Shown here: positions 9,477 through 20,201 of the stretch, piece by piece
Position numbering within the stretch: position 1 is the stretch's first letter
How the letters are laid out: each line of letters starts with the position of its first letter
Source: an uncultured bacterium
Lineage (GTDB): Bacteria; Bdellovibrionota_C; UBA2361; CALJRW01
Length of the DNA stretch: 64,000 nt
Assembly: GCA_937976335.1 (NCBI GenBank)
Contig: CALJRW010000025.1
Span: 7,103 to 71,102 of the forward strand
Direction: 5' to 3'
Program-made: the position numbers and the translations under genes
Notes under the pieces: generated by a model
What the model saw: only the letters and a program-made list of their open reading frames with translations
Told to the model about the DNA's origin: nothing
The model's database searches: none

Positions 9477-10637
9477 ATGCATAATAATTATGAATTTTTA
9501 AGTTCATACTCGGCAAACTCAAGCAAAAGACCAACCTTTGCAGAAGTAAATTTAAAAGTCATTCAGGAAAATTATCAAGTCATTAAAAAACATGTTGCTC
9601 CTTCAAAGGTTATGGCAGTGTTAAAGGCCAATGCATATGGCCACGGTATTGTACCGGTCGCAAAGCATTTAGAATCTTTTGGAGCAGACTACTTTGGAAT
9701 TAGCCTACTAGAAGAAGGTATTCTTTTAAGAAAAGCTGGAATTAAAACTCCAATTTTAGTATTTGGCGGAATTAACTACCAACAAATTGATGAATTTATT
9801 AAACATGACCTAACTATCACTGCCACGTCAGATCAAAAACTTTTAAATATAGAAAAAGCTGCAAGAAAACTAAGTAAAAAAGCTAAAGTACATATACAAT
9901 TTGATATTGGTATGAACCGTGTTGGGTTTAGACCTGATAAGATTGTAGAAATTTTTCAACTAGTAAATTCTTTAGAAAATATTAAAGTTGAAGGACTCTA
10001 CTCACACTTTAGTGAATCTGAATCTGAGGATTTAAACGAAACTAGAAAACAGTTAAAAAAGTTTAACTCTGCAATAAACAAGCTAAAAGAAAATAAAATA
10101 TCACTACCACCTATTTTACACATTTCTAATTCAGGCTCAATCTACCAACTACCCGAAGCTAATTTTGATTGCGTTAGATTAGGTTCCGCTCTTTACGGCT
10201 ACGAACCAGCAATGCATCTAAAAAACAAATTAGCTATCAAACCCGCCTTAACCTGGAAATCTAAGATAATATACTTTAAGGTTATACCAGCTGGAGCTAA
10301 AGTAAGTTATGGCTCTACTTGGACCGCAAAAGAAAAAACTAGAATTGTCACTATCCCTGTTGGTTACGGAGATGGCTACCCGCTTGCTCTATCGAATAAA
10401 GGAAAAGTAATTATTAAAAATAAAACTTATGAAATAGTCGGCAAAGTCTGTATGGATCAAATTTTAGTTAATATTAATTGGGATGAAGCTTTTAATGGAG
10501 ATGAAGTCATTTTACTCGGCAGCTCAGAAGCTCATGAAATTAATGCTTGGGATATCGCTAAGAACACTAGCAATAATCCTAGAGAAGTGTTGTGCGCTAT
10601 TAGTGCTCGGGTTCCAAGGGTTTATATTGAGGACTAA
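9477..10637 (+). CDS. alr: Alanine racemase
   Basis: PLP-binding motif VLKANAYGHG near the N-terminus. ~386 aa with typical two-domain length. Immediately follows dxs with a 4-nt gap. Confidence 0.88.
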   Translation: MHNNYEFLSSYSANSSKRPTFAEVNLKVIQENYQVIKKHVAPSKVMAVLKANAYGHGIVPVAKHLESFGADYFGISLLEEGILLRKAGIKTPILVFGGINYQQIDEFIKHDLTITATSDQKLLNIEKAARKLSKKAKVHIQFDIGMNRVGFRPDKIVEIFQLVNSLENIKVEGLYSHFSESESEDLNETRKQLKKFNSAINKLKENKISLPPILHISNSGSIYQLPEANFDCVRLGSALYGYEPAMHLKNKLAIKPALTWKSKIIYFKVIPAGAKVSYGSTWTAKEKTRIVTIPVGYGDGYPLALSNKGKVIIKNKTYEIVGKVCMDQILVNINWDEAFNGDEVILLGSSEAHEINAWDIAKNTSNNPREVLCAISARVPRVYIED

Positions 10638-10770
10638 AATCAAACTCCTAGATTAGGCTTATTGCCCAAAAAAAGTTAAACTTTCAAAAAAATCTTAAAC
10701 ACTTAAAACTATTGCCTTTTTTCTCTCCATTTTAAAGGATCAATCCCCTAACACTTGCAGATTAGTTTAT

Positions 10771-11118
10771 ATGAGCAACACAAAAGATACAGAACACACG
10801 TTAAACGGCGAATTTTCACTTAGTCTATCTTGCTTAAAGGCGCATATAGATTGTCTTTTAGAAGGCATAGGAGGAGTACATGCACAAGTTCTTCTAGATT
10901 CACTCGGAAAGTTAAATACGAAAAACCAAGACATACTTATTCCAGTTTTAATTAAAGTTATAGAAAAAATAGCAAATAGCCAATTAAATCTTGATTCGGA
11001 CAATGATAATTCTCTTCATCAACTTGAAGATGAGCTATTTGAAGATATCTTAAAAGCAATTACTTTAAATTCAGAAGCGAAGCCTACTTTTCAAGTGATA
11101 TGTGGTGGGAAGGAATAA
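10771..11118 (+). CDS. Hypothetical small protein (115 aa)
   Basis: Only the ORF has support. It has a weak RBS, and an overlapping antisense ORF of 78 aa exists. Coding status is uncertain. Confidence 0.3.
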   Translation: MSNTKDTEHTLNGEFSLSLSCLKAHIDCLLEGIGGVHAQVLLDSLGKLNTKNQDILIPVLIKVIEKIANSQLNLDSDNDNSLHQLEDELFEDILKAITLNSEAKPTFQVICGGKE

Positions 11119-11173
11119 GGATCTTTAAAAAAAATAGTGTTTGTCACAAAATAGGTTTTCAAAAAAAGATTAT

Positions 11174-11755
11174 TTAGACATTACTTTTTGGGAAAACTAT
11201 ACTTAACTCTTTAAATATTTCTTTTGCTACTTCAGAAGCAGAAAGCTTTGAAACATACAGCTCCTTAACGTCACAATTTTTAGGTTTGAAAATCTCACTT
11301 TCACGAACATTTTTAACTGCAAATTTAGGGTCTATGGACTTAGGAAATAGTTTTCTTTCAGGAGATTGAATTCTTCTTACTAGCTCATCCTCTTCAATCT
11401 TTAACAAACAAGTAAGAAATCGTGCTTTTCTTTTTTGAGCTAATTCTTTAACATTATTAAAAAGAATTTTATCTGTCTCTTTTCCTTCTCTCAGATCGTT
11501 TGTAAAAATAAAACTCATTTCGGACGGAGACAACTTAGTAATAGTATCAATAACAACATTTCTAATAATTCTTGTGCTCTCCCAAATTTCATCAGGCAAA
11601 CTACCCATTCCATCAGCACCTATTAAATCAAACAGAACATTATTTACTCTATGACTATCTACTATTTTAAATTCTGAAATTTTAGCTAATTCTTTAGCAA
11701 TAGTAAGCTTTCCAGTACCAGGAAAAGCAAGTAAATATATTATCGTATTTTTCAT
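11174..11755 (-). CDS. P-loop NTPase (small kinase-like ATP-binding protein)
   Basis: N-terminal Walker A LAFPGTGKLTIAKEL. 193 aa, in the size range of shikimate/chloramphenicol-phosphotransferase-like kinases. The C-terminal 8 codons lie inside a copy of the short hairpin repeat (11161-11210). Confidence 0.6.
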   Translation of the reverse strand: MKNTIIYLLAFPGTGKLTIAKELAKISEFKIVDSHRVNNVLFDLIGADGMGSLPDEIWESTRIIRNVVIDTITKLSPSEMSFIFTNDLREGKETDKILFNNVKELAQKRKARFLTCLLKIEEDELVRRIQSPERKLFPKSIDPKFAVKNVRESEIFKPKNCDVKELYVSKLSASEVAKEIFKELSIVFPKSNV

Positions 11756-11840
11756 ATAAAAAGCCTCTCAAGAACAGTTAACTTGTTTAGAATTACTTAA
11801 CAAGCTATAATTTTGGTAGTTTTTTTAGGAGTCTTTAGAA

Positions 11841-12950
11841 GTGCAAATATTCTCAGAAATAGTAAAATTAACTAAAAATTTAAGCATTATACTAATATTA
11901 ATTTTAGTAGTTTCTTGCTCAAGCAAAAAAAAGTCTGGCCCTGTCGAAATAATCTCTCAAAGCCTTTCAAATACCGAAACTCCTGAAGAAAAACTTTTTA
12001 ATGCAGCGCAAGACGCATATGAACGAGAAATTTATACACTTGCACAAGATAACTATCAATTACTTCTTGATACATACCCAGATAGCACTTTTAAAACATA
12101 TGCTGAACTAAAACTTGCTGACACTTACTTTAACTTAAGAAACTTTCAAGTTGCATCTCAGAAATATGAAAATTTCAAAAGCGATCATCCCACATCTCCT
12201 GATGTTGCTTATGCCACACTACATGCTGCTAGAAGCTACCAGCTTACTAGTAAAGGAGCTGGAAGAGACTGCTCCCCATTAAAAAAAGCAATTGAAAATT
12301 ATAATTTTGTAATAGAAAAATTTCCAAACTCTCCTTTTGCTGATTCGGCAAGAGTTTACAGAGATAATGCTCAAAAAATCCTAGCTGATTCAGAATTAGA
12401 TGTAATAAATTTTTATGTGAAAGAAAAAAAAGAAGCTGCACAAAATGCAAGAATTGCAGATTACAAAAAACTCTATTCTGACGTAAACAAAACTGGAGAA
12501 TTAAAACATCAAACTTTTGGAACACTGGCTTACAATAACTCTAACTGGAAGCCTAAAAAAATCAATCTACATAAAACAAATAAACAAAAAAGTTCTCTAA
12601 GCAAAAAATCTACTTTTAAAGACAAAACAGAGGTATTAGCTAAAGCTGAAATTGAGCATTTAGCCTGCTCAAATAAAAACCCTAAACTTCTTTTTATCAA
12701 TTTAATGGGTTCTGAGGCTGAAAAAGTTATGAATTCTTATGAGAACGACACTATTTTAAATCCTAATGAGAAAGGAGAGGTTACTCTTAATCTTAATGAC
12801 TCTATTAAATACACTCCAGTAAAGCAGAATTGTTTTGCTAGCAAAGATTTAGAACTATCTAAAAATCACAGCTTAGTTCTAAAAAGCAAAGATCCTGTAA
12901 AACTGATTACAATGAAAAATCCAACCAGACTTGTTTTAGTTGTTCAATAG
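11841..12950 (+). CDS. bamD: TPR-containing outer-membrane lipoprotein, BamD(YfiO)-like, with extended C-terminal region
   Basis: Signal peptide plus lipobox LVVSCSS. TPR-like N-terminal ~230 aa (AQDAYEREIYTLAQDNYQLLLDTYPDSTFKTYAELKLADTYF...AIENYNFVIEKFPNSPFADSARVY) arranged as in BamD. GTG start. Confidence 0.5.
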   Translation: MQIFSEIVKLTKNLSIILILILVVSCSSKKKSGPVEIISQSLSNTETPEEKLFNAAQDAYEREIYTLAQDNYQLLLDTYPDSTFKTYAELKLADTYFNLRNFQVASQKYENFKSDHPTSPDVAYATLHAARSYQLTSKGAGRDCSPLKKAIENYNFVIEKFPNSPFADSARVYRDNAQKILADSELDVINFYVKEKKEAAQNARIADYKKLYSDVNKTGELKHQTFGTLAYNNSNWKPKKINLHKTNKQKSSLSKKSTFKDKTEVLAKAEIEHLACSNKNPKLLFINLMGSEAEKVMNSYENDTILNPNEKGEVTLNLNDSIKYTPVKQNCFASKDLELSKNHSLVLKSKDPVKLITMKNPTRLVLVVQ

Positions 12951-13084
12951 AATGCTGTTTTAATATGGGTATCTTCTTCTAGCTTTGACTAGTAATATAT
13001 CTAAAATTTAAAAGATCTGAACATTTTAAATATATAGTTATTTCAAAAAAAGAGATTTTTTGACTTTCTATATCCCTGAAGGGA

Positions 13085-13190
13085 AAACAAATAGTTATCC
13101 CAAAATCAATAACTTACATGGAAATCGAAGGTTTTCAAGAAAGAATTATTCGTAAATTACTTTTTGGGATAACTATAGTTTCTAACTAGA
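13085..13190. repeat. Hairpin repeat family B copy, plus upstream partner arm forming a long-range inverted repeat
   Basis: AAATAGTTATCCCAAAAT (13090-13107) is the reverse complement of TTTTTGGGATAACTATAG (13163-13180). The downstream arm belongs to the family-B core GTTTTCAAGAAAGAATTATTCGTAAATTACTTTTTGGGATAACTATA. Confidence 0.65.
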
Positions 13191-13444
13191 ATATACAAAA
13201 AATGGAAACAGAATGCTTATATCTTAGAATAGAAAAGGGTATTTTTTATAAAAATTACATCCATAGTAGACACAAAAAGCGACTTATGAAATCAATTTGC
13301 CTTTTGAATATAACTATAAATTCTTTCAAATATTACAGTTTTTCCAATATTATTGCTTGTGGCAGATATAATGTATGATTATTCTAAACATAGTAGCTTT
13401 AGTAATAATGGCTTTGAATACAAATTACATATTTACCTTAAATT

Positions 13445-14362
13445 ATGACCACCTCTATTAGCCCAAAAGACTTTTTTTCTTCTTTAAGCCTAGAAAGCTT
13501 AAAAAAAGAAAAATCCATTGAAAAAATTTCTCTTTTTCTAAGACTAATTCTATTGATTATCTGTGCGATCCTACTTTTTTATATTTTTCAGAGCATTTTT
13601 TCTTATCTTAATGTTGGTACTGAAGCTATTAACAAGATGGAAACTCAAGTTAAAAACAAAGTAAACTTTCTCAGAAACAGTGAAAGTCAGAACAACAAGG
13701 AAATAGACTATTCTATCATAACTAATACTCAGATTATTGAGATTGGCAAAGCAAAAGCAGCAAGCCCTGTCAAACCTGATAAACCAATAAGTAAAATTGC
13801 TCTTAATTTAATTGGCACATTCTTAAGTGGTGGCATAGGCGAGCCATACGCGATCATCGAAGATAGCAAAAAAAGAGAACAAGAAGTTTTCTTAGTCGGT
13901 GATAAAATTTTCGAAGAAGATGCTACAGTTGAAAAAATCTTTTCAGATAGAGTTGAAATCAAGAGAAATGGAGAAGTTGAAATACTCATTTTTGATGAGA
14001 AGAGCTCTTCTGGAGAAAGAGAAGGCGGAACAAATACTGAAGGAGAAACTATTGGAGTTGATGAAAATGAACTAAATAAAGCATTGGACAACTTGCCTCT
14101 CTTACTAACTCAAGCTAGAGCAGTACCATACTTTAAAGATGGCAAATCTATAGGACTTAGGATGTTTGCGATTAAGAGAGGTAGCCTTTATGAAAAAATT
14201 GGGATTAAGAATGGAGATATCCTAAAGAGTATAAATGGCAATAATTTGGGCGACATAACCCAAGCAGTTAAACTATTTGAAAAACTCAAAAAGGAACGTA
14301 AAATAGAGCTTGAATTAGATAGAAATAGAAGCCCTAAAAAGATTTTTTATGAGATTAAATAA
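13445..14362 (+). CDS. gspC: Type II secretion system protein C (N-terminal TM, C-terminal PDZ domain)
   Basis: Single N-terminal TM helix (LFLRLILLIICAILLFYIF). C-terminal PDZ-like segment GLRMFAIKRGSLYEKIGIKNGDILKSINGNNL. It sits immediately upstream of the secretin. Confidence 0.75.
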   Translation: MTTSISPKDFFSSLSLESLKKEKSIEKISLFLRLILLIICAILLFYIFQSIFSYLNVGTEAINKMETQVKNKVNFLRNSESQNNKEIDYSIITNTQIIEIGKAKAASPVKPDKPISKIALNLIGTFLSGGIGEPYAIIEDSKKREQEVFLVGDKIFEEDATVEKIFSDRVEIKRNGEVEILIFDEKSSSGEREGGTNTEGETIGVDENELNKALDNLPLLLTQARAVPYFKDGKSIGLRMFAIKRGSLYEKIGIKNGDILKSINGNNLGDITQAVKLFEKLKKERKIELELDRNRSPKKIFYEIK

Positions 14363-14429
14363 ATTTTTATTTTCCCTCTATTGTTATATAACATTAGAAA
14401 AGGAAAATTTTTGGAGAGTAAGCTAAACC

Positions 14430-17177
14430 GTGAATAAGATTATTTTTGTAATATTAACTTTTTTTACTCTTCTCATTCTACCCACTACTTCGCTTTCACA
14501 AGATGAAGTTGATGAGAAGTCTACTGAAATTAATGTTAAAGATGCCGATATCGCAGCTGTAATTAGAATTTTTAGTAAGAAAACTAAAAGAAATTACTTA
14601 ATGGATGAAAAAGTCAAAGGGAAAGTTTCTATATATCTTCCTGGAAAAGTTTCTGAAGAAGAAGCTGATAGAATTCTTGATGCAGTGTTAGCGATTAAAG
14701 GATTCACAGCTGTACCAATAGGAGACAATCTTTGGAAGATAGTTCCCTCAGGTGAAGCTAAGCAAACAACAATTCCAACTATCAAAAAAACAGATGGTAG
14801 AGGCTCCCCTTCTATAGTAACCAGAGTTCTTAATTTAACTTACGTTGCTGCTGACGAAGTAAAACAACTCATACAGCCTTTGGTCTCAAAAGATGGCCTT
14901 TTAAATGCATACACAGGAACTAATTCCCTCATTCTAATTGACCATGAAGAAAATATTAAAAGACTAGAAGAAATTATTGAATCTTTTGATATTCCTTATA
15001 CAAATAGAGAAATGACAATCATTCCTATTGAGTATGCAGAGGCGCCTGATGTTGCAGATAAGATTAATCAAATACTATCTGAAAATAATGATTCTTCTAG
15101 CCAAAGTGGGAATCAAGGTTTGTTAAATGCTAGAGCGACTTTAAATGCCAATGTCGCTGCGCGTTCAAATAGCCAGGCAGGAAAAGCCAGTGCTGGAGGG
15201 ATTGGAAGTTCTTCTCTGACTGTTAGCGCTCGTTCTAGAGCCCCAAAAATTATCGCTGACGAAAGAACTAATTCAATTATCTTAGTTGCAGATGAAGATA
15301 CGACTGCAAGAATTAGAGCTTTAGTTTCTGAACTAGATAGCCAAATTGATAGATCTGGTAGCAAATTTTATGTATACAGATGTCAGCACGCAGATGCTGA
15401 AGACTTAGCTGATGTTTTGTCAGGCCTGTCTGGTGAAGGAGGATCAGTGGGTAGTAGAAACAACGCATCTTCCTTTGCTGGAAGAGGCTTAAATACACCT
15501 AGTGGTAGAAATAATTCAAATAATAGAAATAGTAGAAGTCAAAATAGATTAAGCAGTCAAAGTAGAACACCAGGAAGATCGAGAACAAGTAATTCTAACA
15601 CTGGCAATTTATCTGCAAATCTTGGTGAAGATATTTCAATTACGGCTGACCCATCTACAAATTCATTAATCATTAATGCTAGTAAAACTGACTATGCTAA
15701 GATTTTAAGTCTTCTAAAAAAGCTTGATATCAAAAGACGTCAAGTGCTTGTTCAAGCTGTTATTTTAGAAGTTGGTGTGAATGATACTGTGGACTACAAT
15801 ACTGAGTTTACAGCATCAGGCGGCGGTTCAGATGGCGGTATATTTGCTGCCAATGGCGGTGGTAGCTTAACACAATTACTTAGCAATCCAACTGCACTAG
15901 ATAGATTCACAGTTGCTGCTGCTAGCCAAGGAGTACTAACCTTGCCAGGGAATTTAGTAATTCCTTCGCAAACTGTGCTTTTACAAGCTGCACAAACTGC
16001 TTCTAACGTTAACGTTTTAAGTGCTCCAAACATTTTAGCTACTGACAACGAAGAAGCAGAAATTGTTGTTGGACAAAACGTTCCATTCTTAGCTAGTACT
16101 GCTTCAAACAGTCAAAACTTAAATAACACCTTTAATCAAATTGACAGACAGGATGTTGGAATAACCTTAAGAATCACACCTCAAATAAGCTCGAGTGATT
16201 TTGTAACCCTTAGAATGTTTACTGAAGTTTCAAGTGTTGTAACTGGTACATCAGGCTCTGATTTAGGCCCAACCACAACAATCAGAACTAGTGATACAAC
16301 AGCAATAGCCAAAGATAGCCAGATGATAGTTGTAGGTGGTTTAATGGCTGATGACATCACGGAAAGCGAAAGTGGAATTCCTTTCATTAAAGATGTTCCT
16401 TTTATCGGACATTTCTTTCAATCAAAAACTGAAGTTCAACGAAGAACTAATTTACTAATCTTCCTAACTCCAACGATAATCAGAGACCAATTTGATCATA
16501 GAGATCTAACGCTCGAGCACAGAGATGTTCTTCAAAAAGACATTGATAATTATAAAATTTATCCTACTAGGAAGGAAAAACTTTATCACAAAGATCTACA
16601 TTCAGTTATTGAAGGGAAACCTTATAGTGGCCCTGTTCCTGGAACTATACTTCCTCCAATAAAGTCTAGAACTAAAAACACTAACTCAATGTCTAAAGAG
16701 AAAGATTCTCTCGCTCTTAATTCTCCGTTAGCAAATTCAGACACCAGACAATTCTCTGTTAAACCAAAACTTCCTGAAGTTCCTAATAAGAACTTCAGAA
16801 GCAATAATGAGATCGATCCTGTAGCTTCAACTCTATTAGGAAAAACTCAAAAAAGTAACTTTGGTAAGTTTGTAGTCCTTGAGACTGATAACCTTAGTTC
16901 AGGGACTCCTTTAACTATCGATCCTGATTCAAAGCTTACTATGATTCAAATTCCTAAAAATGTTCCCAGTGAAGTAAACAGTTTTTTCCGCTCGGGAGAG
17001 ACATATTCATACAACACAGGAGATCATAACAATTTAGGATTAAAGGTTATGGGAATCTTTAACTCTGCAGAAGAAGCTTCTAGTTTTTACTCAGATCTAC
17101 CGAACAATTGGCATACATTATCTTCTTTTGAAAGTCTCAATATTGGAAAATCACCCTGGATAAAAACAAAAAAATAG
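14430..17177 (+). CDS. gspD: Type II secretion system secretin GspD, with internal low-complexity insertion and long C-terminal extension
   Basis: Signal peptide. N0/N1 domains (NVKDADIAAVIRIFSKKTKRNYLMDEKVKGKVSIYL). Secretin core (VLVQAVILEV...NVLSAPNILATDNEEAEIVVGQNVPF...IVVGGLM...LLIFLTPTII). Extra S/N/R-rich tract at aa ~330-400 and ~230 aa after the conserved C-terminus. Confidence 0.9.
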   Translation: MNKIIFVILTFFTLLILPTTSLSQDEVDEKSTEINVKDADIAAVIRIFSKKTKRNYLMDEKVKGKVSIYLPGKVSEEEADRILDAVLAIKGFTAVPIGDNLWKIVPSGEAKQTTIPTIKKTDGRGSPSIVTRVLNLTYVAADEVKQLIQPLVSKDGLLNAYTGTNSLILIDHEENIKRLEEIIESFDIPYTNREMTIIPIEYAEAPDVADKINQILSENNDSSSQSGNQGLLNARATLNANVAARSNSQAGKASAGGIGSSSLTVSARSRAPKIIADERTNSIILVADEDTTARIRALVSELDSQIDRSGSKFYVYRCQHADAEDLADVLSGLSGEGGSVGSRNNASSFAGRGLNTPSGRNNSNNRNSRSQNRLSSQSRTPGRSRTSNSNTGNLSANLGEDISITADPSTNSLIINASKTDYAKILSLLKKLDIKRRQVLVQAVILEVGVNDTVDYNTEFTASGGGSDGGIFAANGGGSLTQLLSNPTALDRFTVAAASQGVLTLPGNLVIPSQTVLLQAAQTASNVNVLSAPNILATDNEEAEIVVGQNVPFLASTASNSQNLNNTFNQIDRQDVGITLRITPQISSSDFVTLRMFTEVSSVVTGTSGSDLGPTTTIRTSDTTAIAKDSQMIVVGGLMADDITESESGIPFIKDVPFIGHFFQSKTEVQRRTNLLIFLTPTIIRDQFDHRDLTLEHRDVLQKDIDNYKIYPTRKEKLYHKDLHSVIEGKPYSGPVPGTILPPIKSRTKNTNSMSKEKDSLALNSPLANSDTRQFSVKPKLPEVPNKNFRSNNEIDPVASTLLGKTQKSNFGKFVVLETDNLSSGTPLTIDPDSKLTMIQIPKNVPSEVNSFFRSGETYSYNTGDHNNLGLKVMGIFNSAEEASSFYSDLPNNWHTLSSFESLNIGKSPWIKTKK

Positions 17178-17186
17178 GTTTTAAAA

Positions 17187-18794
17187 TTGACAGATTCTGA
17201 AAATACAAATATTGAGACGACATTAAAGCTAACAGCCGAATTTCTTGGCTTAGAATTTCTTAAACAATTACCTGAGCCTGTGCCCCCAAGAGACTTAGTT
17301 AGGGGAGACTTTGAAAGAATAGCTGGTTCTTGGGGCAGAAATTTTCAAACTATTCCTATTGGAGAAAATGGTAATTATATACAAGTTGCAACGGCCGATC
17401 CCTTAAATGTTGAAATATTTGATCAACTCAGACTTTGCTACAATAAGCCACTTGAGATTTTAGTAACTGGCCCTGAAGAAATTACTAAAGCCATTAATGC
17501 AATTAGAACTAATTTAATGACCGATCGATCTAACGAACTTACATCTGAAGAAGATGAAGACGAAAAAAATATAAGCGGAGCAGATCTTAAAATTGATGTT
17601 ACTGATGCTGAAGATGACGACGCTCCAATAATAAGATACGTAAATGCAATCATCTTTAAAGCCAGTTCTGAACGAGCATCTGATGTTCATGTAGAACCAT
17701 ATGAAGATACTCTAAATGTAAGATTTAGAATTGATGGAGTCTTATCTGACGTAGCGACTGAGGATAAAACTTTTCAAGCTGCAATTCTGTCTAGAATTAA
17801 AGTCATGGCAAACCTAAATATTGCTGAAAAAAGACTTCCTCAAGATGGAAGAATTGGACTTAAGATTGCAGGAAAGGACGTAGATATCAGAGTTTCTACT
17901 GTGCCCACTCAATTTGGCGAAAGAATTGTTATGCGTCTTTTAGACAAAACAGCAACGGTACTCGATCTAGCGCAAGTTGGCCTTACTGGCAACAATCTTA
18001 AAATGATCAATAAATTGATTCAAAAGCCGAATGGCATAGTCCTAGTAACAGGGCCAACTGGTTCTGGTAAAACAACTACCTTGTATTCTTGCTTAACTCA
18101 AATCAACACTCCAGATAAAAATATCTTAACAGTAGAAGATCCAATAGAATACCAACTTCAAGGAATTGGTCAGATGCAAGTAAATCCTAAAATTGACTTT
18201 ACATTCGCTTCTGGATTAAGAGCTATTTTAAGACAAGATCCTGATGTTGTGATGGTAGGTGAGATTCGTGACACTGAAACTGCAGAGATAGCCATTCAAG
18301 CTTCCCTAACTGGTCATCTTGTTTTCTCAACTCTCCACACCAATGACTCTGCCGGAGCTATTGCGAGACTTCTTGATATGGGTGTTGAACCTTTCTTAGT
18401 TTCATCAAGTCTGCTTGCAGTTATGGCGCAAAGACTAGTTAGAAAGCTTTGCCCTGCTTGCAAAATACCACATACACTCACTGCTGAAGAAATGACAGAA
18501 CTTGGTCTTAGCCAAAATGACATTGGAAATAGTCAGGTATTTAGACCAAAAGAAGGAGGCTGCGAAGCTTGCCAATTTAATGGCTACTCTGGAAGATGCG
18601 GGATTCATGAATTACTTGTAGTGAATGATGAAGTACGGACTAAGATTTTACAAAAAACAGATGCAGGTTCAATTAGAAATGCTGCTTTTTCTGGAGAATT
18701 TAAAACTCTACGAAGAGACGGAGCTGATAAAGTTTTAGAAGGCATTACATCTGTTGAAGAAGTAATTTTGGTTAGCCATGAAGACGGGTCTTAA
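17187..18794 (+). CDS. gspE: Type II secretion ATPase GspE
   Basis: Walker A GPTGSGKTTTLY. Tetracysteine zinc motif CPACK...CEACQFNGYSGRCG. GspE N-terminal domain. TTG start. Confidence 0.92.
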   Translation: MTDSENTNIETTLKLTAEFLGLEFLKQLPEPVPPRDLVRGDFERIAGSWGRNFQTIPIGENGNYIQVATADPLNVEIFDQLRLCYNKPLEILVTGPEEITKAINAIRTNLMTDRSNELTSEEDEDEKNISGADLKIDVTDAEDDDAPIIRYVNAIIFKASSERASDVHVEPYEDTLNVRFRIDGVLSDVATEDKTFQAAILSRIKVMANLNIAEKRLPQDGRIGLKIAGKDVDIRVSTVPTQFGERIVMRLLDKTATVLDLAQVGLTGNNLKMINKLIQKPNGIVLVTGPTGSGKTTTLYSCLTQINTPDKNILTVEDPIEYQLQGIGQMQVNPKIDFTFASGLRAILRQDPDVVMVGEIRDTETAEIAIQASLTGHLVFSTLHTNDSAGAIARLLDMGVEPFLVSSSLLAVMAQRLVRKLCPACKIPHTLTAEEMTELGLSQNDIGNSQVFRPKEGGCEACQFNGYSGRCGIHELLVVNDEVRTKILQKTDAGSIRNAAFSGEFKTLRRDGADKVLEGITSVEEVILVSHEDGS

Positions 18795-18800
18795 AAGAAA

Positions 18801-20027
18801 ATGCCAGTATACGAATATCAAGGGATAGATAAATCAGGGAAAAACACAAAAGGCACTATTGATGCTGAAAGTGAACGTTCCGCAAGACAAAAACTTAGAG
18901 GTCTTAGTATTTACCCAACTTCTGTTAAAGAAGCTTTTGATGTTGCCAATAAAAAATCAAAAGATGTTCTGCAATACTTTCAAAGCAACAAACTCTCTAC
19001 GAAAGATTTATCTATAGCAACTAGACAATTAGCAACTCTTATTGGAGCAGGCCTGCCTCTTGTCACTGCACTTAGCTCTTTATCTAATCAAGCTGAATCT
19101 CCTATTTTAAAAAGAATAGCAACTGATGTGAAAGAAAATGTACAAGAAGGAGAATCGCTTTCTAAATCTCTTGATAAGTTTCCAAAATCTTTTCCTAAGC
19201 TCTACATAAATATGGTTGCTGCAGGAGAAGCAGCTGGAAACTTACATGGTGTTCTTGAAGATCTCGCTGATTATCTTGAAGCTCAAGTCGCATTAAAAAG
19301 TAAAATTCGCTCAGCGTTAATGTATCCTGTTGTTATGATGATTGTTTGCTTTCTAGTAATCGCTCTCCTTTTTATCTTTGTAATTCCAAACATTGTTGAA
19401 ATTTATACCAAACAAGGTGCGATACTTCCACTGCCAACTCAAATTATGATTGGGATTTCTGATTTTCTAAAAAACTATTGGTGGAGCATACCAATTTTTG
19501 CTTTCTTACTAATTTCTCTTATTCGTTGGTATTACAAGACAAGCCAAGGGCGTTCCAATATTGATAGACTATTGATGAAATTACCAGTCTTTGGTCCTAC
19601 ATACTTAAAAATTAATACAGCAAGAGTTGCTCAAACCCTTGGAACCCTACTTAATTCTGGCGTTCAGCTTTTAAAAGCAATGGATATTACGAAAAAAATC
19701 ATTTCGAATATTCACATAGTAGAGGCACTAGAGAATGCTAAAGAAGGAGTTAGGGAAGGAAAAAGTTTAGCTCAAGAACTAAGTAAATCTAACCTTTTTC
19801 CTTCAATGCTAATGCAAATGATTTCAGTAGGAGAACAAAGTGGTGAATTAGAAAGCATGCTCGACAGAGCAGGCACTGCATATGAAAAAGAAGTAAACTC
19901 AACTGTTGAAAGTTTAACATCAATAATGGAGCCAGTATTAATGGTTATAGTTGGTGGAATTGTGTTGTGTATTGTGATTTCTGTTTTATTACCGATGGCT
20001 GATTTGATTGAGGTTATTGGCGGCTAG
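18801..20027 (+). CDS. gspF: Type II secretion inner-membrane platform protein GspF
   Basis: 408 aa with the duplicated GspF/PilC architecture and three TM segments. Follows gspE after 7 nt. Confidence 0.9.
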   Translation: MPVYEYQGIDKSGKNTKGTIDAESERSARQKLRGLSIYPTSVKEAFDVANKKSKDVLQYFQSNKLSTKDLSIATRQLATLIGAGLPLVTALSSLSNQAESPILKRIATDVKENVQEGESLSKSLDKFPKSFPKLYINMVAAGEAAGNLHGVLEDLADYLEAQVALKSKIRSALMYPVVMMIVCFLVIALLFIFVIPNIVEIYTKQGAILPLPTQIMIGISDFLKNYWWSIPIFAFLLISLIRWYYKTSQGRSNIDRLLMKLPVFGPTYLKINTARVAQTLGTLLNSGVQLLKAMDITKKIISNIHIVEALENAKEGVREGKSLAQELSKSNLFPSMLMQMISVGEQSGELESMLDRAGTAYEKEVNSTVESLTSIMEPVLMVIVGGIVLCIVISVLLPMADLIEVIGG

Positions 20028-20201
20028 ATTGAGCATGCTAGGAGAAAAAAAGCTTCCCTCATTTTTTTCTATTTAACCTGACTAAGTAGCTAGAAACACT
20101 ACGATAATACAATTCAACAAGATATATAAACAACACTCCCCATTGGCTGTTTTAACTATTTTTGTTTAAACTAGGGAAATATAGACAAGGAGAACTCACA
20201 A

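Noticed and set aside
10767-11003. 78-aa minus-strand ORF overlapping the 10771-11118 + ORF
   Set aside because: The two cannot both be real. Neither has strong support. The + ORF is longer and was kept at low confidence.
20028-20201. A/T-only stem AGAAAAAAA...TTTTTTTCT after gspF, considered as a terminator
   Set aside because: The stem has no G-C pairs and the operon continues into gspG 170 nt later. It is too weak to call.
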